Assembly (NCBI GenBank): GCA_964396555.1
Contig: CAYNFX010000001.1
Span: forward strand, 14,685-78,684
Direction: 5' to 3'
Origin: an uncultured Alkaliflexus sp.
GTDB taxonomy: Bacteria; Bacteroidota; Bacteroidia; Bacteroidales; Marinilabiliaceae
Length of the DNA stretch: 64,000 nucleotides
The position numbers and the translations under genes were made by a program. This document shows, in pieces, positions 20,473-30,088 of this stretch. The first letter of the stretch is position 1. Every line of letters begins with the position of its first letter. The notes beneath the pieces were generated by a model that was given only the letters and a program-made list of their open reading frames with translations, had not been told where the DNA came from and made no database searches.

Positions 20473-21331
20473 CTTCGGGCATTACATTGCTTTGAAATTC
20501 AAGCTGACTTTTTCTGTATATCCCATGAGATTTGAAAATGTCGGTTCCAACAGGAGAGTTTAGCATTGACATAAAAGTGTGAGCCAGTCCGGGATACCTT
20601 GATGTTTTTAGTACAGATGCATAAACATCGTATTTTGTATCAGGCATGTTCAGACTGATAGTATCGACTTTTTCGATATTACCGTTGTAGAAGAAACTTG
20701 ATGTCCAATCAAGTCCCAGACTTGCCTCTCCGTTATAAATCCTTCTAATTATCCCTCTATTATCAACAGACAGTGCTATACTGTTGTTTAATACTTCAGA
20801 ATAAACTCCTGCATAACTTAGTATCTGTTTTGTTACAAAGCCCAGGGAGCTGGTCTCTGGATTGGCAATAATGACAGCATATTTTTCTTCTTGCATGGAT
20901 GTGAGATCACCCCCGAAGCCTTCCGGGTTACCTTTAGAAACCACAAAAACCAGTCTGTTGGTGCCTATGTATAAAGAATCGCCAATTATGTTTGGCTGTA
21001 TTTCCCTTAGAATGTCAAATCCTGATCTAATATCGGGAATGAAGAGATCGCCAGTCTGAGTATCAGCAATAATACTTACAAGATTTCTGATATTACCGTT
21101 TTGTATTGTAATACGGCATTTGTACATTCTTTCAAATTGCTTGCATATTGAATCCAGTGGAGCTGAGACCCCGTTTTCACAATATAATACCAGCTCAGGG
21201 ACAATAGTTTCCTGAACCTGTCTGTCGGATTTCCTTTTTTTTTGCCCGCAGGCAAGAAAAAATACGATAAAAATCGTAATCATAAGTCCGGCAAAAAACT
21301 TAGATAGTATGCCTCTAAGAGCTTTCTCCAT
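20453..21331 (-). CDS. ModA/WtpA-like substrate-binding lipoprotein with divergent binding motifs
   Basis: Lipobox FLAC; [27 protein letters not shown] segments match the molybdate-binding protein fold. Its 3' end overlaps the kinase start by 20 nt. Confidence 0.7.
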   Translation of the reverse strand: MEKALRGILSKFFAGLMITIFIVFFLACGQKKRKSDRQVQETIVPELVLYCENGVSAPLDSICKQFERMYKCRITIQNGNIRNLVSIIADTQTGDLFIPDIRSGFDILREIQPNIIGDSLYIGTNRLVFVVSKGNPEGFGGDLTSMQEEKYAVIIANPETSSLGFVTKQILSYAGVYSEVLNNSIALSVDNRGIIRRIYNGEASLGLDWTSSFFYNGNIEKVDTISLNMPDTKYDVYASVLKTSRYPGLAHTFMSMLNSPVGTDIFKSHGIYRKSQLEFQSNVMPEDDKSRN

Positions 21332-21575
21332 AATTTCCCCTTAATCCTGTAACGTTTAACACACAAACCATTCCGGTCAAATGGTAAAAGTTTTGTCAAC
21401 ACACATCTTCTGAAACTGTAAACGTTTCATAGACCCAAAATCGTATTATGACTAAAGAGATTTTGTAACCGGATACTCAGCACGAATACCTTGCATTCCG
21501 CAAATTAGGTAAAGGGGAGATAAAATGCTTTTGTTTTATCACTAAAAACCGATTATTTGTCAAAAATAATCGAAT

Positions 21576-22643
21576 TTATCTGGTGATAATGTGCCTTTTA
21601 ATCCATCTGGGGACTACAAAAACACCAATCAGAAGGTAAGAATAGTAGCTTATAAGTCTCCAAATAAATGCAAGTGCTATTCCGGTGCCAGCGGGGATAA
21701 GATAACCCAGAAAGCCGTGAAAAGCATATTCGGCAAAGCCGCTTCCTCCGGGAGTGGGACTTACCAACATCATTATCCATATTACCAGCTGCTTTCCGAA
21801 GACCAGTATATGTCCTTCCGGATCAAGCAAACGGAAGCCGAAGAATGCAACAATGAGTGCATTAACTAGCCAGTAGCGTGCCGTCCAGCTAATTGCAGTG
21901 GCCATAAAGGCCTTTATCCAGTTGCTGACCGGCCAATGCTTGAATTCATTTGAGGCCTGAATAAGTTCGGAACCAGATTCATTTGCCTGTGGTCTCCACT
22001 TACGGATAAAGGAAAGTTTGAAAATCCACAACAGCAGCAGTTTTAAACCCCTGGGGTTTACGAAAAGCCCATAGACTACTGCAAGTATGTATAAGAATTT
22101 TATGCTGTAACCTACCAGAGCAAAGACTACAAAGGGATTCTTATACCAAATTATGGCTGTTTCGGAAGGACTTAGTGAGAACAAGGAGAGACCTCCTGCA
22201 ATAAGGAATATTGCAGGCAAAGCAATAATGAAATACAACTCGTCAAGGAATGAAGTAAGTAGCACTATTGCGGTGCTTCTTCCTAATCGTATGCCTTCCT
22301 TGTTGATAAAAAATACTGCTACGCTGGTACCTCCAACTACCGAGGGAGTTATTGCTGATGTAAATTCCCAAAGCATAATTATATTGAACACCTTTCGCCA
22401 GCTTAGTTTTTTTTCGCTCAGGATACGTAAGCGAAGCATATAACCAAAATCACGTATTGTCATAAATAGTACTGCGACCAACAACCAAAATGCAGTATGA
22501 AGGTTGAAAGTAAGCAGGCTAAGCGATCCGGGCTCATATTCCTTGTACATCAGATAACCAGTTACAGCAATTCCTATTGCGATTGGCAAAATAATTTTTA
22601 CAGGGCTTATGCTCTTAAGGACTTTTGCTGAATTATCAGTCAT
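21576..22643 (-). CDS. Lysylphosphatidylglycerol synthase TM / UPF0104 flippase-like membrane protein
   Basis: R..R...L, ITPS.VGG, PTPGGSGFAE, IWR..SYY motifs; multiple TM helices. Confidence 0.8.
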   Translation of the reverse strand: MTDNSAKVLKSISPVKIILPIAIGIAVTGYLMYKEYEPGSLSLLTFNLHTAFWLLVAVLFMTIRDFGYMLRLRILSEKKLSWRKVFNIIMLWEFTSAITPSVVGGTSVAVFFINKEGIRLGRSTAIVLLTSFLDELYFIIALPAIFLIAGGLSLFSLSPSETAIIWYKNPFVVFALVGYSIKFLYILAVVYGLFVNPRGLKLLLLWIFKLSFIRKWRPQANESGSELIQASNEFKHWPVSNWIKAFMATAISWTARYWLVNALIVAFFGFRLLDPEGHILVFGKQLVIWIMMLVSPTPGGSGFAEYAFHGFLGYLIPAGTGIALAFIWRLISYYSYLLIGVFVVPRWIKRHIITR

Positions 22644-22751
22644 CTTCTGGTGTTCTTGTAGCGGATTATTATCTGGATACTACAGGAATTAGGATTCCAT
22701 TGCTTCTGCAGTGTTGTTACCTAACAAACTGTGTGCAGAATTTGTTTGTGC

Positions 22752-22791
22752 AAAATAAAAAAGCCCGTCGACTGACGGGCTTTTTTATTTT
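22752..22791 (-). terminator. Bidirectional intrinsic terminator downstream of tRNA-Ala
   Basis: Perfect 18-bp inverted repeat AAAATAAAAAAGCCCGTC-GACT-GACGGGCTTTTTTATTTT. Confidence 0.88.
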
Positions 22792-22805
22792 GCCTCTTGG
22801 TTTTG

Positions 22806-22879
22806 TGGAGACAAGGGGAGTCGAACCCCTGACCTTTTGGCTGCCAGCCAAACGCTCTAGCCAACTGAGCTATGCCCCC
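22806..22879 (-). tRNA. tRNA-Ala (GGC)
   Basis: Cloverleaf with acceptor GGGGGCA/TGTCTCC including the G3-U70 alanine determinant, anticodon arm TTTGG-CTGGCAG-CCAAA, GGTTCGACTCC T-arm. Confidence 0.95.
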
Positions 22880-22896
22880 ATGCTTTTTAGCGCTTG

Positions 22897-22928
22897 CAAA
22901 TATATTTTTTTCCGGGATAAGTAACAAG
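22897..22928 (-). promoter_or_regulatory. Promoter for tRNA-Ala
   Basis: Minus strand CTTG-N20-TATATTTG. Confidence 0.7.
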
Positions 22929-23208
22929 ATATTCATGTGAATTTATTCTGAGAGGCAATTTGTCTGGCCTGTACTTTTATATAAATACAGATAAATGCTT
23001 GTTATATTATGTTTTGAGCTTTTGTGGAGATTACATTTACACTCGTTAATAAATTTTAAAAAACACCCCTGGCTTTAATTTTAAGTTTAATTGCTTGTAA
23101 TATGTTTGCATAAAGATTAATTTTAGGCTCTCTTTACTGAGGAATTTTTAGGGAAAAATAATAGGGAGCCCGGTATTGTTAAGTTAACAAACAAATTACC
23201 ATTTTATT

Positions 23209-23901
23209 ATGATAGAGGTTAAGAAGTCACCAAAGGCCAATTTGGAGAGCAAAAAGCCGATTTTTACCCAGATCGGCCTTGTTGTAGTCCTATCATTGGT
23301 TCTTGTTGCATTTGAATGGACATGGACCGACGTAAATGTCGATCTTCAAGAGACTACTGATGAGGTTGCAGTTGAAGAAGAAATTGTGCCAATTACTCGT
23401 CAGGATGAGACCCCACCGCCCCCACCGCCCCCACCGGCAGTTACAGATGTTCTGAACATTGTTGACGACAATGCTGATATTGATATTGAGTTGGAGATTA
23501 TGGACTCTGAGTTGGATGAGACTGCAATGATCGATTTCACCCAAGTTGTTGCAACTGAGGAAGAACGTGATAATGAAGGCGAGATCTTTATGATTGTTGA
23601 AGAGATGCCTGAGTTTCCAGGTGGACAAGAAGCCCTTCAAAAGTATCTTGTAGAAAACATTCGTTATCCAGTTATTGCTGAAGAAAACGGTATTCAAGGC
23701 CGTGTTTTTGTCAGCTTTGTAATTAACCAAAAGGGTGAGGTTACAAATGCTACAGTAATGCGTGGTGTTGACTCTCACCTGGATCGTGAGGCTCTTCGTG
23801 TGATTCAGGCTATGCCTAAATGGAAGCCCGGAAAGCAAAGAAATTCACCTGTAAGGGTATCATGCGTAGTTCCTGTAAACTTTGTACTAAGGCAACGATA
23901 A
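23209..23901 (+). CDS. tonB: Energy transducer TonB (paralogue 1)
   Basis: TM helix, poly-Pro/acidic linker, EEMPEFPGG, YPVIA...IQGRV.V.F, LDREALRV, WKPG TonB C-domain. Confidence 0.92.
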   Translation: MIEVKKSPKANLESKKPIFTQIGLVVVLSLVLVAFEWTWTDVNVDLQETTDEVAVEEEIVPITRQDETPPPPPPPPAVTDVLNIVDDNADIDIELEIMDSELDETAMIDFTQVVATEEERDNEGEIFMIVEEMPEFPGGQEALQKYLVENIRYPVIAEENGIQGRVFVSFVINQKGEVTNATVMRGVDSHLDREALRVIQAMPKWKPGKQRNSPVRVSCVVPVNFVLRQR

Positions 23902-23926
23902 GCCTGAATTTCAGGTTTTAGATAAT

Positions 23927-23959
23927 AAAAAGGGGCTGCCGTAAGGTCAGCCCCTTTTT
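23927..23959 (+). terminator. Intrinsic terminator after tonB1
   Basis: AAAAAGGGGCTGCC-GTAA-GGTCAGCCCCTTTTT. Confidence 0.8.
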
Positions 23960-24109
23960 GTGCAGGGATTTGAACAGAAAGTTGATTTTTTTGTTCGGTT
24001 TTTGTTTACTTTTAGGTTTGTATTTCGTACATTATTACTAGTATCAAGGCCCAAATATATTGATTGGATCCTGTTTCATAAGGAGTTAACCTATTAAAAT
24101 TTGTGCGTC

Positions 24110-24805
24110 ATGATAGAAGTAAAGAAATCACCTAAGGCTGATCTTGAAAAGCGGAAACCAGTTTTTACTGAGATAGGCTTAGTAGTAGTCCTTTCTTTGG
24201 TGCTTGTTGCCTTTGAATGGACATGGACAGAAGTCAATGCTAAAGTTATTGCAGCTGAAGGTCTTGTAGATGTAGAAGAGGAGATTGTCCCTATAACACG
24301 ACAGGAAGATAATACGCCTACCCCTGCAGTGCCAAAAGCATTTGATATCCTTACTATTGTTGAAGATATCTATGATATAGATGAAGATCTTGATTTCCTG
24401 AACTCCGATTTTACTGAAGATGCAGCAGTTGATTACAATCAGATTTATCAAGCTACATATGATGATGCGAGAGTGGAGAGTGATGAGATTTTTAGAATTG
24501 TTCAGGAAATGCCTGAATTTCCCGGAGGGGAAGGGGCTCTTTTCAAGTACATAGCAAACAACATAAGGTATCCTGTTATTGCTGAAGAGAATGAAATACA
24601 AGGTCGCGTGTATGTACAGTTTGTAGTTAATGAGAGGGGTGAGGTTACAAATGTTGAGTTATTTCGTGGAGTTGATACACACCTAGACCGTGAAGCTTTA
24701 CGTGTAGTTCAGTCTTTACCTAAGTGGAAACCCGGAAAACAAAGGAACATGTATGTTAAGGTAGCATTTATTATTCCTGTTAACTTTGTCCTTCAACAAA
24801 AGTGA
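24110..24805 (+). CDS. tonB: Energy transducer TonB (paralogue 2)
   Basis: Same architecture; ATG at 24110 gives MIEVKKSPKA like paralogue 1; lacks the poly-Pro run. Confidence 0.92.
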   Translation: MIEVKKSPKADLEKRKPVFTEIGLVVVLSLVLVAFEWTWTEVNAKVIAAEGLVDVEEEIVPITRQEDNTPTPAVPKAFDILTIVEDIYDIDEDLDFLNSDFTEDAAVDYNQIYQATYDDARVESDEIFRIVQEMPEFPGGEGALFKYIANNIRYPVIAEENEIQGRVYVQFVVNERGEVTNVELFRGVDTHLDREALRVVQSLPKWKPGKQRNMYVKVAFIIPVNFVLQQK

Positions 24806-24825
24806 GCCTGATTGAAGAATTTGCA

Positions 24826-24859
24826 GAAGGGCTGTCAGTAGAACAGCCTCTTTTGTTTT
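24826..24859 (+). terminator. Probable intrinsic terminator after tonB2
   Basis: GAAGGGCTGT...ACAGCCTCTTTT imperfect stem followed by T-rich tract. Confidence 0.6.
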
Positions 24860-24894
24860 GATGTGCTGTTTTTATTTTAAAATTTAGTTTTTAT

Positions 24895-25581
24895 ATGGAA
24901 GTTAAGAAATCACCAAAAGCAAACCTTGAAAGCAAGAAAGCGGTTTTTACACAGATCGGGCTTGTAGTGGTTCTTTCTATTGTGCTTATTGCTTTTGAAT
25001 GGACCTGGTCGGATTACAGTGTTGACATTGATGTTACAGATAGTGAGGCGAGCGTTGAGGAAGAGATTATACCTATTACTCGGCAGGATGACACACCGCC
25101 TCCACCGCCTCCACCACCGGCCGCTGCTGACATTCTCAGTATAGTAGAGAATGATGCAGAACTTGATGCAGAACTTGAGATTTTTGATTCAGAGTTGGAT
25201 CAGGCTGCAGCTGTTGATTTCAATCAGGTCTATCAGATAGTTGAGGATGAAAGAGATGAAAGCAATGAAATTTTTGTGTTTGCTGAGGAAATGCCTGAAT
25301 TTCCAGGAGGTCAAGTTGCTATGCAAAAGTTTATAGCTGAGAATATTAAGTATCCAGTTATAGCTAAGGAAAACAGAGTTCAGGGCAGGGTTTACGTTGA
25401 GTTTGTAGTTAATGAGAAGGGTGCTGTTACAAATCCCAGAGTAATGCGTGGCGTGGACCCTAATCTTGACCGTGAAGCCCTTCGTGTAGTTCAGGCTATG
25501 CCAAACTGGAAACCTGGTAAACAAAGAAACAAGGCAGTTAAAGTTTCTATTACTCTTCCTGTAAACTTTAAGATTGAGTAG
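24895..25581 (+). CDS. tonB: Energy transducer TonB (paralogue 3)
   Basis: MEVKKSPKANLE start, poly-Pro run, TonB C-domain motifs. Confidence 0.92.
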   Translation: MEVKKSPKANLESKKAVFTQIGLVVVLSIVLIAFEWTWSDYSVDIDVTDSEASVEEEIIPITRQDDTPPPPPPPPAAADILSIVENDAELDAELEIFDSELDQAAAVDFNQVYQIVEDERDESNEIFVFAEEMPEFPGGQVAMQKFIAENIKYPVIAKENRVQGRVYVEFVVNEKGAVTNPRVMRGVDPNLDREALRVVQAMPNWKPGKQRNKAVKVSITLPVNFKIE

Positions 25582-25604
25582 TAGGATTGATGAATTGAAT
25601 TTAT

Positions 25605-25642
25605 CAGAAGGCTGTTTCACAAAAAACAGCCTTCTGTTTTTT
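25605..25642 (+). terminator. Intrinsic terminator after tonB3
   Basis: 13-bp stem CAGAAGGCTGTTT/AAACAGCCTTCTG then T6. Confidence 0.75.
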
Positions 25643-25740
25643 GTGAAACAACCTTTGCTGGTTATAATATTGCAATAATTTCCTTAAACAGGGAGCTAGT
25701 CGTATTTTTTTGAAGTAATTTTAAGCAAACTGATTTACAG

Positions 25741-27000
25741 ATGGGTGAACTACTTTCCATTGATCAAGATTTTGAAAAAGTCATTTTAGCAGCTGTGCGT
25801 ACTCCAGACCTTTCAGAAGGAATGGTCATCGAGCATCTGGATGAACTTGCGTTTCTTGCTGAGACTGCTGGTGCTGTAACTGTCAGGCGTTATGTTCAGT
25901 CACTTCCAATACCTGATAACAGGACATATCTGGGCAGTGGCAAACTGCAGGAGCTAAAGGAGTTTCTGCTTATGAATGAAGATATAACGGCTGTTATCTT
26001 CGATGATGAGCTTTCTCCTTCGCAACTAAAAAATATAGAAAATGTACTTAAGGTAAAAATAGTTGACAGGACTGGTCTGATCCTAATAATATTTGCAATG
26101 CGGGCCAGGACTGCGCACGCTAAGACTCAGGTCGAACTGGCTCAGTACCAGTATATGCTTCCAAGGTTGACCAGGATGTGGACCCACCTTGAACGTCAAC
26201 GTGGTGGTATCAACATGAGGGGGCCCGGTGAAAAGGAGCTTGAGACTGACCGCCGTATTATACGTGACATAATTGCCAAGCTTAAGAAAGATTTGGAGAA
26301 GATAGACAGGCAGATGGCTACTCAGAGGAAGAACAGGGGAAAGCTTGTAAGGGTTGCACTTGTGGGGTATACAAACGTAGGAAAGTCAACTCTGATGAAC
26401 ACCCTTAGCAAGAGTGAGGTTTTTGCTGAGAACAAGCTGTTTGCTACCCTAGATACGACTGTTAGGAAGGTAGTGGTTCGTAATCTACCATTCCTGCTTA
26501 CCGACACTGTTGGTTTTATAAGAAAACTGCCTCACCATCTTGTGGAATCTTTTAAGTCGACACTTGATGAGGTTCGTGAAGCTGACCTTCTGCTTCATGT
26601 TGTTGATATTTCTCACCCCGGATTTGAAGACCAGATAAAAGTTGTTGAGTCAACCCTTAGGGAGATTGATGACCGGGAGAAGCCGGTTATTATGGTTTTC
26701 AATAAGGTAGATGCTTTTACTCATGTTGAGAAGGAGGACGACGATTTAACTCCTGTAAAACGTGAGAATATTACAATTGAGGAGCTGAAGGGAACCTGGA
26801 TGAACAAGACTACCTCGGTGTTTATTTCGGCCTTAAAGAAGGATAACTTTGATGAATTCAGGGATCTCGTGTACAGCGAGGTAATGAAGATTCATGTTAC
26901 CAGGTTTCCATACAATGATTTCTTATTTCCAGATCTAAATGTTGAGGAACTTGAGATGGAAGATTCTGAGGATAACGACTCTGAAGAAATAGACTCTTAA
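25741..27000 (+). CDS. hflX: GTPase HflX
   Basis: G.GK..EL, FDDELSPSQ, GPGE..LETDRR, GYTNVGKST, LFATLD, DTVGFI, NKVD. Confidence 0.97.
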   Translation: MGELLSIDQDFEKVILAAVRTPDLSEGMVIEHLDELAFLAETAGAVTVRRYVQSLPIPDNRTYLGSGKLQELKEFLLMNEDITAVIFDDELSPSQLKNIENVLKVKIVDRTGLILIIFAMRARTAHAKTQVELAQYQYMLPRLTRMWTHLERQRGGINMRGPGEKELETDRRIIRDIIAKLKKDLEKIDRQMATQRKNRGKLVRVALVGYTNVGKSTLMNTLSKSEVFAENKLFATLDTTVRKVVVRNLPFLLTDTVGFIRKLPHHLVESFKSTLDEVREADLLLHVVDISHPGFEDQIKVVESTLREIDDREKPVIMVFNKVDAFTHVEKEDDDLTPVKRENITIEELKGTWMNKTTSVFISALKKDNFDEFRDLVYSEVMKIHVTRFPYNDFLFPDLNVEELEMEDSEDNDSEEIDS

Positions 27001-27018
27001 GCTTCCTTGTATTATAGG

Positions 27019-27064
27019 ACAACCCCCTCTAGTTTTTCAAAGCAGAGGGGGTTTGTTTTTTTAT
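27019..27064 (+). terminator. Intrinsic terminator between convergent hflX and fhs
   Basis: ACAACCCCCTCT...AGAGGGGGTTTGT stem followed by T run. Confidence 0.7.
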
Positions 27065-27129
27065 AAACTAAGGTCTTTCCGGTGTCTGGCCGATCTAAAA
27101 AATTGCTTGTAATCAAACCATGAATAGGA

Positions 27130-28800
27130 TCAGAAAAGCCCTTTAATCCGGCCTTCTGAATCTATGTCAATCTTTTCAGCAGCCGGATATTCTGGCAAAC
27201 CAGGCATGCGCATTATATTTCCTGTGATTGGAATAATAAATCCTGCTCCTGCTGCAATCTCTATCTCTCTTACGGTTACAATGAAGTTTTCCGGCCGTCC
27301 CAACAGCTTGGGATTGTCCGAAAGGGATTTCTGTGTCTTGGCAATGCAAACAGGCAATTTGTCAAGTTTAAGGCTTTCGATCTTCTTCAGGTCATCTTTG
27401 GCCTGTGATGTATAGTCTATGGCATTGGCTCCGTAAATTTGTTTGGCAATGGTTTCGATCTTGCGCTCAACACTCCAGCTCCAGTCATAGAGTGGTTTGA
27501 AGTCCGATTTACATTCGTTTAATACCTCAACGACAGCTTCTGCAAGTTCTACTGCTCCGCTGCCACCCTCTGCATGGGCTGTGATAATGGCTGATCTGAT
27601 TCCGAGCTTCTTGCACAGGTTTCTTACAACTTCTATTTCTTCAGCAGTGTCGTCGGTAAATTTGTTGATTGCAACAACAGGGCAAATATTGAATTTGAGA
27701 ATGTTTTCTATGTGTTTTTCAAGGTTTTCAAGTCCGCTCTCTACTGCCTTGGCATTTGGTTTCTTGATTTCGTCAAGTTTAACCCCACCATGGTATTTGA
27801 GTGCTCTGATAGTGGCTACAAGAACAGCAACACCTGGCTTTAAACCAGCCGATACACATTTTATGTCGAGGAATTTCTCTGCACCTAGGTCAAATCCAAA
27901 ACCAGCTTCAGTTACAACATAATCTGACAGAGACAGTCCCATCTTGGTAGCCAGTACTGAGTTGGTTCCCTGAGCAATATTTGCAAATGGTCCTCCATGG
28001 ATGATTGCAGGATTTCCTTCAAGGGTTTGTACAAGGTTGGGCTTGATTGCATCTTTAAGCAGTGCTGCCATAGCCCCTTCAGCCTTAAGGTCACGGGCAA
28101 AGACAGGAATCTTGTCATAGGTGAAGCCAACAAAAATATTACCCATCCTGTGTTTCAGGTCGTCAAAGTTTTCACTGAGGCACAGGATTGCCATGATCTC
28201 AGATGCTGCCGTAATGTCAAATCCGGTTTCCCTTGGCACACCTGAGGTGGTGCCCCCAAGGCCGATAATAATATGTCTAAGGGCACGATCGTTCATATCC
28301 ATCACCCTTTTCCAGTGTACGGTTCTTGGGTCAATTCCAAGGGTACTATTCTTGTTTTGGATATTGTTGTCTATAAGTGCGGCCAGCAGGTTGTTTGCTT
28401 TTTCAATTGCAGGAAAGTCTCCAGTGAAGTGGAGGTTGATATCCTCCATAGGAACTACCTGCGAATAGCCTCCGCCGGCAGCCCCTCCCTTGATGCCAAA
28501 TACGGGTCCCAGACTGGGTTCGCGGAGAACAACAGTGGTCTTTTTACCTATCAGGTTTAATCCCTCGCAAAGGCCTATGGAAACAGTTGTCTTTCCCTCG
28601 CCTGCAGGAGTAGGAGAGATGGCTGAAACAAGGATAAGTTTCTTTCCGGGGATTTTTTCAGGATCGATAAGAGAAAGGGGGAGTTTGGCTTTGTAGTGGC
28701 CATAAGATTCCAGAATTAATTCAGGAATTCCAAGTTTGCCTGCAATCTCCCTGATATTTTTAATTTTCGCGCTTTGAGCAATTTCCAAATCAGACAGCAT
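27130..28800 (-). CDS. fhs: Formate--tetrahydrofolate ligase
   Basis: PTPAGEGKTT, LREPSLGP.FG.KGGAAGGGY, INLHFTGD, HGGPFANIAQG, TEAGFG.DLG.EKF, MPGLP. Confidence 0.97.
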   Translation of the reverse strand: MLSDLEIAQSAKIKNIREIAGKLGIPELILESYGHYKAKLPLSLIDPEKIPGKKLILVSAISPTPAGEGKTTVSIGLCEGLNLIGKKTTVVLREPSLGPVFGIKGGAAGGGYSQVVPMEDINLHFTGDFPAIEKANNLLAALIDNNIQNKNSTLGIDPRTVHWKRVMDMNDRALRHIIIGLGGTTSGVPRETGFDITAASEIMAILCLSENFDDLKHRMGNIFVGFTYDKIPVFARDLKAEGAMAALLKDAIKPNLVQTLEGNPAIIHGGPFANIAQGTNSVLATKMGLSLSDYVVTEAGFGFDLGAEKFLDIKCVSAGLKPGVAVLVATIRALKYHGGVKLDEIKKPNAKAVESGLENLEKHIENILKFNICPVVAINKFTDDTAEEIEVVRNLCKKLGIRSAIITAHAEGGSGAVELAEAVVEVLNECKSDFKPLYDWSWSVERKIETIAKQIYGANAIDYTSQAKDDLKKIESLKLDKLPVCIAKTQKSLSDNPKLLGRPENFIVTVREIEIAAGAGFIIPITGNIMRMPGLPEYPAAEKIDIDSEGRIKGLF

Positions 28801-28834
28801 ACCGTTTTGTTTAATTATTCAAGCCGAAAGGTAC

Positions 28835-28875
28835 AAAAAAAGAGGCTGCCCTGCTTTTATGGCAACCTCTTTTTA
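28835..28875 (-). terminator. Intrinsic terminator after asd
   Basis: Minus strand AAAAAAGAGGTTGCC...GGCAGCCTCTTTTTTT. Confidence 0.7.
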
Positions 28876-28953
28876 TATTCTGACAGCCCTGAAACCTAAC
28901 GGGATTTCAGGTGCTAAATGATCATCACCGATAGGACGAGCTTATAAAATAGC

Positions 28954-29964
28954 CTACTTAATCAGACCCACTTCAAGCATATACTCTGCTATTTGAACAG
29001 CATTAAGGGCAGCTCCCTTCTTGATCTGGTCAGAAACAGTCCAGAATGTCAGTCCGTTGGGATTTGTAAGATCCTTACGGATACGACCTACAAATACCTC
29101 GTCACGTCCTGCAAGGAACAGAGGCATGGGGTACTGGCTATTGGCATTATCATCAATAACGATTACACCTTTGGCTTTTGAGAATGCCTCACGAGCCTCT
29201 TCAAGGCTTATAGGGCGATCTGTTTCAATCCAGGTTGCCTCTGAATGTGCACGCATTACAGGTACCCTAATACAAGTTGCGCTTACTTCGATATCAGTAC
29301 CCATTATCTTGCGTGACTCATTATACATCTTCATTTCCTCCTTTGTGTAACCGTTGTCGGTAAATACATCAACCTGAGGAATAAGGTTCATTGCAAGCTG
29401 GTACTTGAATTTATTAACTGTGGGTTCTTCTCCCTTTACAAGCTGTGCAGTTTGTTCCACAAGTTCATCCATTGCTGCAGCACCTGCGCCGCTAGCTGCC
29501 TGATATGTGGCAACATGTACCTTCTTGATATGTGCAATGTCTTCAATAGCTTTCAGTGCAACTACAAGCTGAATAGTAGTACAGTTGGGGTTTGCAATTA
29601 CGTTGCGGGGAAGGTTCCTGCATTGCTCTGCATTTACCTCTGGTACAATAAGGGGCACGTCATTGTCCATACGGAATGCACTTGAGTTGTCTATCATTAC
29701 TGCACCGTATTTTGTAAACGTCTTTTCAAACTCTTTTGATGTTGATGCCCCGGCAGAGGTCCAGACTATGTCTATACCTTTAAAGTCGTCATTGTGTTTG
29801 AGCTCCTTAACGGTCAGTCCCTTACCCTTGAATGTGTATTTTTTCCCTGCACTACGGGCTGAACCAAATAATACTAACTCGTCCAAGGGGAAGTTTCTTT
29901 CTTCCAAAACGCGGAGGAATTCCTGTCCTACCGCTCCACTAGCTCCTACAATTGCTGCTCTCAT
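28954..29964 (-). CDS. asd: Aspartate-semialdehyde dehydrogenase
   Basis: [36 protein letters not shown]...[17 protein letters not shown]. Confidence 0.97.
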   Translation of the reverse strand: MRAAIVGASGAVGQEFLRVLEERNFPLDELVLFGSARSAGKKYTFKGKGLTVKELKHNDDFKGIDIVWTSAGASTSKEFEKTFTKYGAVMIDNSSAFRMDNDVPLIVPEVNAEQCRNLPRNVIANPNCTTIQLVVALKAIEDIAHIKKVHVATYQAASGAGAAAMDELVEQTAQLVKGEEPTVNKFKYQLAMNLIPQVDVFTDNGYTKEEMKMYNESRKIMGTDIEVSATCIRVPVMRAHSEATWIETDRPISLEEAREAFSKAKGVIVIDDNANSQYPMPLFLAGRDEVFVGRIRKDLTNPNGLTFWTVSDQIKKGAALNAVQIAEYMLEVGLIK

Positions 29965-30088
29965 TTTCTGTCAAACTAATTTAGGTTTACATCAACTAAA
30001 AAATTGCTTAAATTTTCGTTGTAATTGCTTACGATCAGGTAAGCCAAGAGCAACAAATGTAAGTATTTATAACCATAACCGCTAGCCG

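Noticed and set aside
21235-21243. A9 tract after the lipobox of the ModA-like gene as a phase-variation switch
   Set aside because: It encodes an ordinary Lys-rich stretch and the frame is intact; no evidence without read data.
10953-22879. tRNA-Gln or tRNA-Ala as integration sites for an island containing the kinase pair
   Set aside because: No duplicated tRNA 3' ends and no integrase; each tRNA is followed directly by its terminator and core genes.
23411-23436. 9-bp tandem repeats in tonB1 and tonB3
   Set aside because: They encode the normal TonB poly-proline linker.
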